The notes: generated by a model from the sequence alone, not told the origin. Positions 41,666 through 55,929 are shown, numbered from the stretch's first letter. The stretch is 64,000 nt of DNA from Octopus sinensis (GCF_006345805.1 NC_042997.1:145452001-145516000), one strand, 5' to 3'. Numbers and translations are program-made.

Positions 41666-43234
41666 GCCACTGTCTTATGGTTGGGACTGGGAAAGTAACT
41701 CTTTCTACTATAGGCTTGAAAAAGCAAAGCTGATCTCAACTGGATTTTAACCCAGAGCGAAGGAAGCCAAAACGATTACCGCAAAGCTATCTACCCGATG
41801 CGCGAACGACTACGCCAGTTGGCCGCTTTTAATCCTTATAAAATAATGGCTTCAAATTTTGGCACAAGGCCAGCAATTTTAGGGGTTAGGGTAAGTCGAT
41901 TACATCGACCCTAGTTCTGAATTGTTACTTATTTTACTGGCAAGTTTCGAAATATTAGCTTTCTGTCGTCTTATGATATAACAACTTATCCAAAACTTTG
42001 AATACTTTAAAAATATTTGTTTACCGAGCATGCTGTGTGCATGAATTGTTGGTTATATTACATAATATTGATTTGTCAGATTAATTCTTTCATTTTTTTC
42101 CTACTTGGCACTCCATCATCATATGTCTGAAAAGATGTAAAATTCATTGAGGTTTCACAAACGATGAACAAAAATTATACAGAAAGAATATAGAGAGAAA
42201 AAAAAAAAACAAAACACGATAATCTACGATTACAATACTTTTCATGTAAATTCAAGTATCAAAGCAAAAGATGAATTAAATGGAAAAAAAAACCCAATAA
42301 ATTTATCAACGCTAGATGACTGCGATATATTGATGGAAGCATTCCACTTCACTGATGACTATGCCTTTCAGAAGTGAATGAACGCCACAATGCTTCCACT
42401 GCCATTTTTCTGATCCATTGAAAGACACTCTATGAGGTCACTCGAAAACTAGAGACAACAATTATATTTCCCTGTCAAATCGCACCGTACTATTTTACGA
42501 AAAACGTCACATTGTATAATGACATGTAATCCTAGAAGGGCTCTTTATGTAACAAAAACAACAAAAAAAAACTGGATTGTCACGGTTGGCATGCCTTTTG
42601 AATATACACGGGTTTGATTGAACAAAGCTAAATCTAGGGATACACAACAACAACAACAGCAACAACAACGACAACAATAACAAGAACAACAACCACAACA
42701 ATAACTTTCATCTTTTATGAATTTCAGAGAAATTCAAGTGAGAAAATCGATATTAAAAATACAAAACAAAATAAAAAAACAAAAATTAATTTTACAGCAG
42801 TTTTCACTGCTAATGAAATCTATAATTAGTTTGTCAATTAATTAGCTTAGTTGGTGGTAGAGCAGACAGTACATTTTATTTCGTAAGTTTATCAAACAGC
42901 TTGAATAATTAAATAAGCAATTCACTGTTGACTCATTTATAAATATATGAGCTGTTTTCCTTTGATCATATAGAAATAAAATAATGTTTCATATCATTAT
43001 AAACACTTAAACATTTATTTTCAGACTTATATTATGAATCTAATATAATATTTATTATATATATTAAGGATATTATATAATACCATGCATATATATGTAT
43101 ATGTATATGTATATTATATTTATATTATGTTATTGTTCAGTGGAAGCTGAAACATAAGCGAATTATTTTAGGAGCAAAGTGCTGAGCACTCGATACTCCT
43201 TTGCACGTGTAACATACATATATACACATATGCA

Positions 43235-43814
43235 TGCTGACACATACATACATACATACATACATACATACATACATACATACATACATACATACATACA
43301 TACATCATCATCATCATCATTGTTCGACCGTGGCCGAGACAATGGAATTTACTATGTTACGCCAGACTTCATGGTCCATCATAGCATTACGGAGGTCCTG
43401 TTGCTGGATGCCTGTATCCCTGGAGATTACATCAGGGTAGGAGAGTGTGCGCCCTCTGGTACTCGCACATACATACATGTATACATACATACATACATAC
43501 ATACATACATACATACATACATACATACATACATACATACATACATACATACATAAATGCTTGTTACTTTTCAAACACATACGTCAATACAGTCCCAAAC
43601 GCATAAAAATAAAAATAAAAATCCCGGATCCGTGGTCTCTCGCGAGGGTGGGAGTGGGGTGGGTGGGTTTAAGAAAAGAAATGTTGAAAGACTGAGGGTT
43701 GAAATGAAGTGGTAGTTGAGTAGATGTGTTAGTGCTTGATAAAGAAATATAAGTTTTATGACTTCATTCTTCAGTTTCCTCTTAATTTATCTCTCTGCCC
43801 CTCTTTTCAGCACC

Positions 43815-43855
<41 letters not shown>

Positions 43856-43945
43856 CTCTCTCTCTAATTCAAATTCTTTTTACTTTCTTGCAACGCACAC
43901 ATAGGCACATACACACATGCATACATACATACATACATACATACA

Positions 43946-43979
<34 letters not shown>

Positions 43980-44180
43980 GCTACACACATACATACATAC
44001 GTACATGCGTACGTACATACATACATACATACATAGCTACACACATTCATACATACGTACATGCGTACGTACATACAAACATACATACATACATACATAC
44101 ATACATACATACATACATACATACATACATACATACATACGTACATGCGTACATACATACATACATACATACATACACAC
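43235..44180. repeat. (CATA)n microsatellite blocks
   Basis: Direct reading. Confidence 0.9.
43303..43465 (-). mobile_element. RTE-type LINE 3' end with (ATG)n tail, inserted in (CATA)n
   Basis: STRGRTLSYPDVISRDTGIQQQDLRNAMMDHEVWRNIV, then (TGA)n. Confidence 0.7.
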
Positions 44181-44518
44181 AAATATTTTCACTCATGCCT
44201 TTTACACGAAAATCTATGGGCAGTATGCATACATTGGAATACTTAAGTTGTTAAAATTTGCCATCAAAATTCATACATCTTCGAAAAGTTAATATGCATC
44301 TTTTGTCGACACAGGATGTAGAAAATAATGTATATTTTGTTTCACCTGTGTTCATATTTGTAATAGGCTCAAGTATTATGCTCTATGGGTCGGGTTATTT
44401 ATGGCTCAAATTTTGAAATGGTTGAAATAACTTTAATTAAGCACACACACACACACACAATCTCACATATTCACACACACGACGCACGCACACGCACAAA
44501 CATTCACACACAGATCAG

Positions 44519-45925
44519 AACGAATGTCCTTTGTATAAGAGAAGAAATCCAGGCTATGGAAGCTTACAGAGTGCAATAGCAAAAGACATTTCTACAACTA
44601 TTGGATTATACTATTCGGCCGTCTTCTTTTGAGCATCTTAAATGTATACGTAAATGTTGAAGCCTTGAAGCCTGATATTCCATGAAGTTTATCAAGTATG
44701 TCTAGATGTACAACATTAAATGTAATTGTTAGGCAATGTTTGGAATGCAGCGGAAGGGAGCTCGATGTGATGTGGTATCAGCATTTCAGACAAGTCATGT
44801 CACCAGTAGCAATGAGGCTATATGGTGTATTCCGAACTTTCTTCAGCCGTTAGCACTAAACTGCTGTTATGCAGCTGGAGGTTTATTTCACAAATGAGTT
44901 TACTTTATAGAAGGAACAACGCAACAACAAACATAGCATCCAACTATGACAAAATTAACTGCATTTTGCCTTCGCCAGGTATCTTCTCTCTTCTGATGTG
45001 CTAAATACTATCCCTAGCAAGAAGGTAAAAATGCCCATTTCAACTTATAAAGTAAGTTGCAACAAATCACAGGAAATCTATTGAAGTGTTAAGTCGTATG
45101 TATAACGTGCATACCTCAGCTTCGATTGATTTATCTCAGAATTCCCTGCTCAACGATGTCAGTCCAGTTTCATTCCAAGATCTCAAAACACTTTCAGGAT
45201 ATGTCTGTATCAAATACTATGAAACTTGCTAGAGGAAAGGCCCCTTAAAAGATGAAACAAATTGGAATCGTACTTTGGAAGTGGTTGGAGTCTCCAAGCA
45301 AGGTGAGAAGCACTTTTAATATCGTCCATTTTTGTTGCATTTCACCATCCAGTTTCCAGCAGCCTTGACTCCACGGCAGAATACAATGTGTATTAATCAA
45401 ACTAAGAGTAAAACAATAACCTGCACCCGGAGTTTAGCTCCCATCTATGAATCGAAGAACTGAACCGTATTGAAAATACCCTACAATCAATAGCTAGTAA
45501 AGGATATTCAAATGTATAGGTTATCAGCTTCGGTATGATCTGCAGTTGTACCTCTTCAGACAACCAGCTATAACATTCAACACTAAGGACATTATGTACA
45601 CAAAAATTTAACTCTTGATTACAGAAAAAAATATATTTACACAAAGATCAAACAACTGGTGATATCTAACTCGAGAAAAGCATATTTACTTTATGCCGCC
45701 TGGTTGTACATTTTTGATCAGCCTAACTTTGTGTAAAGTTCGTTCACACTAAACAGATTGTTGTTGCAGTGGCCTAATTTTATAATTGTTGTAGCTTTGT
45801 TCACATGCAGTAGGACTACTCGTTCTGCTTTTAAGTTGCCGCTCAACCTTGTACACAATGATAATATTGACAAAGAATCTAAACAAGCAGAGGTACTGAA
45901 GCAGGCTATATCGACAGTATGGTCA
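44519..45925 (+). pseudogene. Helitron Rep-helicase relic with multiple stops and frameshifts
   Basis: Collinear decayed motifs: NECPLYKRRNP (DGYPLYRRR-like), NYWII...LNVYVNVE, TSSNEAIW, VYF...TKLTAF, VSFQDLKTLSG, RTTRSAFKLPLNL, SKQAEVLKQAISTVW. Confidence 0.8.
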
Positions 45926-46109
45926 TAGGCATGTATTCTAAGTTCTCGATCATATCTGACGCAAACACAGAGAAAACACTAACATCATGGGTGGAGTCAG
46001 TCTTTTATTTTCGGTTGATTGCAGGCGAACCCTGTTAGTCATTCCGTAGAGTACACTTACCAGAGATGAGAGAGTACCTCAGAGAATGCTATGTCTTAGC
46101 ACGAGAGGT

Positions 46110-46316
46110 ATAGGTTCCCCACCCGAACGGGACGCCGGTCCGTCGCAGGAGAAAAGAGTAGGAAAAAGTTGTGGTCAGCAAAACTTCGCCATTACCTTCT
46201 GCCGGAGCCGAGTGGAGCTTAGGTGTTTCGCTCATAAACATACAGATCTCCCGAGCTGAGATTCAAACCCGCGATCCCGAGTCCGCTGCTCTAACCACTA
46301 GGCCACGAGCTTCCAC
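46110..46316 (-). mobile_element. SINE family C
   Basis: Minus-strand head GTGGAAGCTCGTGGCCTAGTGGTTAGAGCAGCGGACTCGG. Confidence 0.75.
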
Positions 46317-46457
46317 TACAATTTATACTAATATATAATTATATAAATATAATCATATTAAAGGATGTGGATAAACCCCATCAACACGCTAGAAATCGAC
46401 TGAACCCGGAACCATGTGGTTGGTAAGCAAGCTACTTACCACACAGCCACTCCTACG

Positions 46458-48100
<1,643 letters not shown>

Positions 48101-48144
48101 GTCTCATTAAGGATCATATCAACATCATCCTGCCCCACACACAG

Positions 48145-48904
48145 TTCGACTGCGGCCATGCTGGAGCACCACCTTTAGTCGAACAAATCGACCTTAGAAC
48201 TTGTTCTTCGTAAGCCTATGACGTTCTATCGGGGGTCTTTTACCGAACCGCTAAGTTACGGGGACGTAAACACACCAGCATCGGTTGTCAAGCAATGGTG
48301 GAGGGACAAACACAGACACACAAACATATATATACATACACACACACATATATATAAATGTATACATATACATACATACACACACACATATATAAATTCA
48401 TACATATAAATACACACACACATACATACATACATGCATACATACATACATACATACATACATACATACATACATACATACATACATACATACATACATA
48501 CATACATACTTACATACATACATACATACATATATACATACACACACACATATATATAAATGTATACATATACATACATACACACACATATATAAATTCA
48601 TACATATAAATACACACACACATACATACATACATGCATACATACATACATACACATATACATACATACATGCATACATACATACATACATACATACATA
48701 CATACATACATACATACATACATACATACATACATACATACATACGACGGGCGTCTTTCAGTTTCGTCTACCAAATCTACTCACAAAGTTTTGGTCAACC
48801 CGAAGCTATAGTAGTAAACAGTTGCCCAAGGTGCTACGCAGTAGGACTGAACCCAGGACCATGTCGTTGGTATGCAAGCTACTTACCACATAGCCATTCC
48901 TGCA

Positions 48905-48905
<1 letters not shown>
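48145..48905 (-). mobile_element. SINE family B with about 430-bp internal microsatellite expansion containing an approximately 200-bp duplication
   Basis: Normal 3' and 5' parts separated by (CATA)n. The block TATATAAATGTATACATA...AAATTCATACATATAAATACACAC occurs at about 48351 and 48552. Confidence 0.8.
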
Positions 48906-48953
<48 letters not shown>

Positions 48954-49417
48954 GATGTATGTAGGCATGGTAAAATGGTTTCGAATTTTGCTTTACCATC
49001 ACGAAGTTCAAGGTTCAATGTCCTTGCGTAGAAGTGTCTTTTGTCGTAACTTCGAGTTGAACAACGCATTGTAAGTGAATTTGGGTAGGAAAAAAACTAC
49101 CTGTAATTCAAAAGGACAATATTGTCACGCTATATAGTCATAGCTAATCATTAGAATATGAGTGTACATGTCTTTGAAACACCCATTTGTTTATACGCTA
49201 TTTCAAAGCAGACACCGTTCCATTGATCGAACAACCGACGGAGATTTGTGTATGTTCTCTTGTATCGTTAAATATCTGAAGTCTTCTTATAAGGAAATAG
49301 GCTGGTTTCTAACAAAGTACAAGTCTGTGTCGTTCGAATGTAAACAAAACAGCATCATATTTTAAACTCGAGAAAAGTCTTGAATGTTATTATTGTTCCA
49401 TTTTCAGATTATCTATG

Positions 49418-49852
49418 GGATCTTTTCGGTTTGAACGGCAGTTTTTTCTAGCGGTGTCATATGAAATTGTCACCCATAATTATGACCCTAGTATCGATCT
49501 ATTGCATTTCAATCTGTTTTAGGGTTAGGGTTAGTTAGGGTTAGGGGTGGGGTGGGGAGAAGAGTATCTTTTTTCTTCACAAATGTAAATAAACCCAATC
49601 TGTTTCTTAAACGAGGGACATATTCATACGGCACAGAATGTTTATGGTACCTCAATAGACGTCAGTGATTGGTTGAAATTGCAGAAATTGAAGAAAAAAA
49701 GCAACAAATATCTTACAAACTATAGAATTTTCTCAATAAAGCCAAGAGGAAAGGATGTTTTATAAACACATTCTACCAATATACGAAGTTTAAAATTTTT
49801 TTTAGTTACCTAGAAATTATGTTAAAAACTGCCGTTCAAACCGAAAAGATCC
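49418..49852. mobile_element. MITE with 29-bp TIRs and perfect 8-bp TSD (Merlin-like)
   Basis: GGATCTTTTCGGTTTGAACGGCAGTTTTT / AAAAACTGCCGTTCAAACCGAAAAGATCC; TSD TATCTATG at 49410-49417 and 49853-49860. Confidence 0.85.
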
Positions 49853-50203
49853 TATCTATGTAATGTTTAAGTTAATTAGTTGCTTTCCTTTTCTGAAAAC
49901 CCCAGCCGTTGCAGATTGTCACAAAGGCATTTACTAACAAAACAAAGTTCACCAATTAATATTGGTATTAATGTGAATTTGGATACAAAAGTTGGAGGCA
50001 TCGAAGCAGTTATTCGTTGCTATCTTCTTTCTCCAGAATTTTCGAAGAGATATTCACGTCAGCAGGACAGCTGATCTCTATGACAGTACATACTTTACTT
50101 GTGAATCTCAAATGACGGTATCCGGTCTGTTATGTCTGCACTTTGTTGAAAGTTTGTTGGGAATCTTCCACCTATAACACTTGTGTTGATGCTTATGTAT
50201 GTA

Positions 50204-50587
50204 CTAGCAGTATCGCCCGGCGTTGCTCAGGTTTGTAAGGGAAATAACTATAAAGCATTTTTAGAGAGTTATAGCCAAAAAATAGCAAAAAAATGGAAAA
50301 AATTATGGTAAATTTTTTTTTGAGATTTAAAAAAGGTGGAGTTGCGTCCCCTAGACAGTTTGTTGTTCGTGTTTCTGATTCTCAACCCCATGTCGAATTT
50401 ATCGATTTTTTTCAGAACTGGGGGAACTTTTCAAAATTTTCGCTGCGTTAGTTTTGAATTATGACATTGGGCTATGTGTGTGTCAAGTTTCATCAGAATC
50501 GGTTGAAAGCCGTGGTCAGGGTGAGGGTACAAGCAAACAGACACACAGAAACACGCACAGACAAACTGCCGTTTATATAGAGAGAGA
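50204..50587 (-). mobile_element. Non-autonomous Helitron
   Basis: On the minus strand: A|TC 5' end, and a 3' hairpin (CCTGAGCAACGCCGGG) followed by CTAG|T. Confidence 0.8.
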
Positions 50588-50753
50588 TTTAGTTATTGGG
50601 GTATTATCTATGTTTATCCCCAAACAAACTTTTGCCTCTTTTGAATAACATTGTATGTTGTTTTAGCGACAAAGTCATGTCACAGTATCTTGATGACGCT
50701 TTTAGACAGTTGCCGGTCACATGAGTGATGTCTTCTACAGAAATGTGACGGTT

Positions 50754-52575
50754 AGGCGCAGGAGTGGCAGTGTGGTAAATAGCTTGCTTACCAACCGCAT
50801 GGCACCTTGGGCAAATGTCTTCTACTATAGCCTCGAGCCGACCAAAGCCTTATGAGTGAATTTGGTAGACGGAAACTGATAGAAGCCCGTCGTATATATG
50901 TGTGTGTGAGTGTGTGTGTCTGTGTTTGTCAAGCCACCATCGCTTGACAACCGATATTGGTGTGTTTACGTGCTCGTAACATGGCAGTTCGGCAAAAGAG
51001 GCCGATAGGCTTAAAAACAACTTGGATTTGGTAGACGGAAACTGAAAGAAGCCCGTCGTATATATATGCGTGTGAGTGTGTGTGTCTGTGTTTGTCAAGC
51101 CACCATCGCTTGACAACCGATATTGGTGTGTTTACGTGCTCGTAACATGGCAGTTCGGCAAAAGAGGCCGATAGGCTTAAAAACAACTTGGAATTGGTAG
51201 ACGGAAACTGAAAGAAGCCCGTCGTATATATATGCGTGTGAGTGTGTGTGTCTGTGTTTGTCAAGCCACCATCGCTTGACAACCGATATTGGTGTGTTTA
51301 CGTGCTCGTAACATGGCAGTTCGGCAAAAGAGGCTGATAGGCTTGAAAACAACTTGGATTTGGTAGACGGAAACTGAAAGAAGCCCGTCGTATATATATG
51401 CGTGTGAGTGTGTGTGTCTATGTTTGTCCAGCCACCATCGCTTGACAACCGATATTGGTGTGTTTACGTGCTCGTAACATGGCAGTTCGGCAAAAGAGGC
51501 TGATAGGCTTCAAAACAACTTGGATTTGGTAGACGGAAACTGAAAGAAGCCCGTCGTATATATATGCGTGTGAGTGTGTGTGTCTATGTTTGTCCAGCCA
51601 CCATCGCTTGACAACCGATATTGGTGTGTTTACGTGCTCGTAACATGGCAGTTCGGCAAAAGAGGCTGATAGGCTTGAAAACAACTTGGATTTGGTAGAC
51701 GGAAACTGAAAGAAGCCCGTCGTATATATATGCGTGTGAGTGTGTGTGTCTATGTTTGTCCAGCCACCATCGCTTGACAACCGATATTGGTGTGTTTACG
51801 TGCTCGTAACATGGCAGTTCGGCAAAAGAGGCTGATAGGCTTGAAAACAACTTGGATTTGTAGACGGAAACTGAAAGAAGCCGTCGTATATATATGCGTG
51901 TGAGTGTGTGTGTCTATGTTTGTCCAGCCACCATCGCTTGACAACCGATATTGGTGTGTTTACGTGCTCGTAACATGGCAGTTCGGCAAAAGAGGCTGAT
52001 AGGCTTGAAAACAACTTGGATTTGGTAGACGGAAACTGAAAGAAGCCCGTCGTATATATATGCGTGTGAGTGTGTGTGTCTATGTTTGTCCAGCCACCAT
52101 CGCTTGACAACCGATATTGGTGTGTTTGCGTGCTCGTAACATGGCAGTTCGGCAAAAGAGGCTGATAGGCTTGAAAACAACTTGGATTTGGTAGACGGAA
52201 ACTGAAAGAAGCCCGTCGTATATATATGCGTGTGAGTGTGTGTGTCTATGTTTGTCCAGCCACCATCGCTTGACAACCGATATTGGTGTGTTTACGTGCT
52301 CGTAACATGGCAGTTCGGCAAAAGAGGCTGATAGGCTTGAAAACAACTTGGATTTGGTAGACGGAAACTGAAAGAAGCTCGTCGTATATATGTATGTATA
52401 TGTGTATGTGTGTGTATATCTTTGTGTGTCTGCGTTTGTCCCCCCAACATCGCTTGACAGCCGATGCTGGTATGTTTACGTCCCCGTAACTTAGCGGTTT
52501 GGCAAAATAGATCGATAAAATAACTACTAGGCTTACAAAAAAAAACTTAAGTCCTGGGATCGATTTGTTCCACTA
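50754..52575 (+). mobile_element. SINE family B containing a tandem array of its internal segment
   Basis: One head at 50754, ten recurrences of TTTGGTAGACGGAAACTGA, one normal 3' end. Confidence 0.9.
50861..52352 (+). repeat. Tandem array of nine units of about 166 bp
   Basis: Unit starts at about 50861, 51027, 51193, 51359, 51525, 51691, 51857, 52021, 52187; a tenth start at 52353 runs into the SINE tail. Confidence 0.95.
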
Positions 52576-53329
52576 TGTATGTATGTATGCCATTGTTCAG
52601 TTTTATTTCAAGATTTCTTGCCAATAGAGAAACAGCCGGTTTCTAACCTTGATCCAAGGCTTCTTCAGTGGAATTTCAACATCATTATGTAGCATTAAGT
52701 GAAACAAAATTTTCCCTGAATAAAATAGATTATCGTATGTAGTTTTCTTTAAGCTAACGAATTAGTGTTAATACTTATACCTACTTAGATTTAGATGATC
52801 TTGACCGATGGACCGCTGTTGATTTCGACATACATGTGCGTGGCCCCACGTACATATGTATATATGTATGTATGTACGTATGTATGTATGTATGTATGTA
52901 TGTATGTATGTATGTATGTACGTTCTCTTTCTCTTTTATATTTAGAATTAATTGTGACCGGTCCCCTGCTTGGGAAAACATCTTATTTTGTTCCTCATCC
53001 TTTAAATCTTAAGAAGGCTTTGCGGGGTTTTATAGTCCTCGATATCGTAATCATTGATAGCATGTTAAGTATGTATGTATGTCATTATTCAGTTTTGTTT
53101 CATGATTTTTTGTCAATAGAGAAATAACCGGTTTCTAACCTGGATCAAAGATTCCTTCATTGAAATTTTAACGACAAAAACAAGAGCATATTTTTGCATG
53201 TACGCATGTATATGTGCGGTATTTAGAGTCAGTGCATGTGCAGATTTGCATGTTTTGTTTTATGTATGTAATCTCATACATAGAGTCGCATGTATAGGCA
53301 TGCCCTTACATACTTAAATAATAAACTTC

Positions 53330-54135
53330 TGGAAAAATTTACTGTTTCACAGTTCCAATGATGACTTGGAACTGCAGTCTTCGAATCAGCTTTCTCCTTT
53401 CTGGCTTTGAGAAGCTTAATTTCTGAAGACGGGTACTTAGGCAAGTGTATTACATATCCCAGAGCCCCAATAATTACAAGTATAAATCTGAACTTGTAAT
53501 CTGGGTTGAGTAAGGGTAGTTTTCTCAATAGTTCAGCGTACGTGTCTTTTCGTTTTCACTGATCTTTAGCTCTATGTAGAGCCTGTCAACATCACTGTTT
53601 CTGCGGAAGTTCCCTGCTGTTGTCAGGATTTTGCGGGTTTTGATATCTATGGAGTGGATTCCCTCTACAAACCAATTAAATATCCCAAATACTGGGATCA
53701 GCACTGGTGCTGCAAATGCATTGTGGGATATGGTTTTGTTGTACGAGGAGAGTTCCGACTGCCATATTTTCCTAAGTCTGGTGTAATATTCTCGGGTCAC
53801 TCTGTCTTTATTCACAGTGCCTTCATATGATATATTTTCGTCTATGCTTAGGTGCTTGTAACATTCTTTATGTGGAATAGGGGAGACAGAGAGTCAGTTG
53901 ATGCACCGGCTCTGGGTCTGGGGGGAATGACTTTCCTAGTTCTATAACCAAATATGAAAATTTTTTTTGGCCAAATTCCATGCCTATATCAGCTGAAAAT
54001 GTTGTTATTAATTCCAGTTGCTTTTTGGCATTGTTAACACTTTTAGCATAAATCTTCAGGTCGTCTACAAAGAAATTATGAGTTACATTGATGTTTCTGG
54101 CAGTTGAAGATACTAACATGTAACCATTTGTTTTC
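53330..54135 (-). pseudogene. R4/Dong-like non-LTR retrotransposon fragment, internally deleted
   Basis: THNFFVDDLKIYAK...LITTFSADIGMEFG; YYTRLRKIWQSELSSYNK...IDIKTRKILT...SDVDRLY; PDYKFRFILVIIGALGYV. Confidence 0.8.
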
Positions 54136-54311
54136 TGCTGTATGTATGTATGTATGTATGTATGTATGTATGTATGTATGTATGTATGTATGTATGTATG
54201 TATGTATGTATGTATGTGTGCGTGCGTGCGTGCGTGTATTCTGTATGTATGTATGTATGAATGTACGTATGTATGCATATACATATATATATATATAGAG
54301 AGAGAGAGAGG

Positions 54312-54342
<31 letters not shown>

Positions 54343-54489
54343 TAGTTGTATAATGTCAACATAACGTGACAGACCCGTAAAGGGAATTACACCACCACTA
54401 TATAGCCCTAGGAAGCATCGACGCTTCCTGTCGGCTTTGACACATTTCCTGTGTCCTTATATTTGCAAAGGGGAGGCAAGCACCCCCAC

Positions 54490-54571
54490 CAGCTAGGACT
54501 AGCAACCTGAAGACATGCATGTTTCTGTGTCTTGCTCGTCATCAGTCCAGGGTAGCGAGTCCCGCTAGCTG
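54490..54571 (-). ncRNA. Type-I hammerhead ribozyme motif with intact core in an extended hairpin
   Basis: Minus strand CCTGGA CTGATGA CGAGCAAGACACA GAAA CATGCATG TC TTCAGG. Stem III ACATGCATGT is palindromic, with a GUC triplet. Stem I pairing extends about 25 bp. Confidence 0.7.
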
Positions 54572-54853
54572 AGATGCCCGCCAAGCCTTGGCAAACATAT
54601 ATATATTTACAGTGAAATATATTCACTGGTCACCGTAAGACATTTAGAAATTCAATATTTCTAATATATATATATATATTTAAGTAGGTGAATGAATTAT
54701 CCTATGTTTATCGTCAGCATGGAAAATTCGTTTAACCGAAACCTGGGTAGCAAATTCACGTCAGAAAACACGGTTGAAGCGACCTGTCAAGGGTAGAAAC
54801 TCCGGGTTCTTGTGTAGAAATTTGTGTGTTGTGTATGAATGAATGACATACTG

Positions 54854-54901
54854 TCGACATATGTTTCGAAGACAGCATGCTGTCTTCGAAACATATGTCG
54901 A
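54854..54901. repeat. Perfect 48-bp palindrome
   Basis: TCGACATATGTTTCGAAGACAGCA|TGCTGTCTTCGAAACATATGTCGA. Confidence 0.95.
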
Positions 54902-55697
54902 GAGTAAAGGAATTTTGTTAACATCTTCGTTCGACTCCATTCTTTCGTTCATATATATGTATATATATATATATGCATGTTTCCGATGGACTTCTGTAAC
55001 ATTTACAGTTGCCTGATTTCACTAAAGAAAGCATTTGCTTAAATATTTTACGCCAAGTGTTCGGAGCCAAACGTTTTTGGAAAGAATTTTTCTCCTCGTC
55101 ATTTCCCGTTTCGTATGAATTTTAAAGCAATTTACTTTAAATAAAACTTTTTAATTTATAACAACATGATTTATTATTTCAGCTGGTGACTTTTAAGCTT
55201 TTATTCTTTAACTGATTGCAGTCATAAACAACTTGTGTCTCATGTAATTCACTTGACACTATAGTCTTTGGTTAATTGGTGGATTTCTAAATGAAAACAA
55301 AAACAAGATTTCTTTACTGAGAAGAGACAGAGAGAGAGGGGGGGAGAAGAGCAACGAGTGGAAAAAAAGAGACGGAGAGGGAGAAAATGAAAAAGAAGAG
55401 AAAGGGAAGAAAGAAGAAGACAACACATTAATTCGTTGACTTTTATTAGAAAATAGTTTAAGCTTCCTATAAAGAGATGTTATTATTTCTGATGTGAAAC
55501 TCGTAAAACGCTTCCTCTGTCACTTTATCCGCCGGCTTGACGCATTTCATTATTTAACCCCCTTACTGCCTTACTGCCATGCAAACCTATAGACTGAGTG
55601 ATAGTTTAATAGCTCATATGTGTGAGTGTGTGTGATTTTACAGACACGCATACATTCATACCAATATACAAACATACAAACATACATACACACACAC

Positions 55698-55767
<70 letters not shown>

Positions 55768-55929
55768 ATTCCAAATTCCATTATTCCATTATTCCATTAT
55801 ATATAATTCCATTTTCTATTATGCTGTTTCAGCCAAAGGCTGTGGCCATTCTGCAGCACTGCAATTAGCGTTAATGCTTGCTTATTTGAGACTATTTTCC
55901 AAATTCTACCTCCGGAATTGGTCCTGGGC

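Noticed and set aside
49519-49547. Telomere or chromosome-fusion site
   Set aside because: Only about four units, located inside a TIR/TSD-bounded MITE.
49980-50100. RT remnant (SLLSSFSRIFEEI)
   Set aside because: A single short motif resembling a LINE RT subdomain; not enough to call.
50850-52346. Repeated 88-120 aa ORFs (MSSDGGWTN...)
   Set aside because: These are translations of the tandem SINE segment with no coding signature.
50861-52352. CRISPR-like array
   Set aside because: Units are near-identical along their full length with no unique spacers, derive from a SINE, and have no cas genes nearby. The context is eukaryotic.
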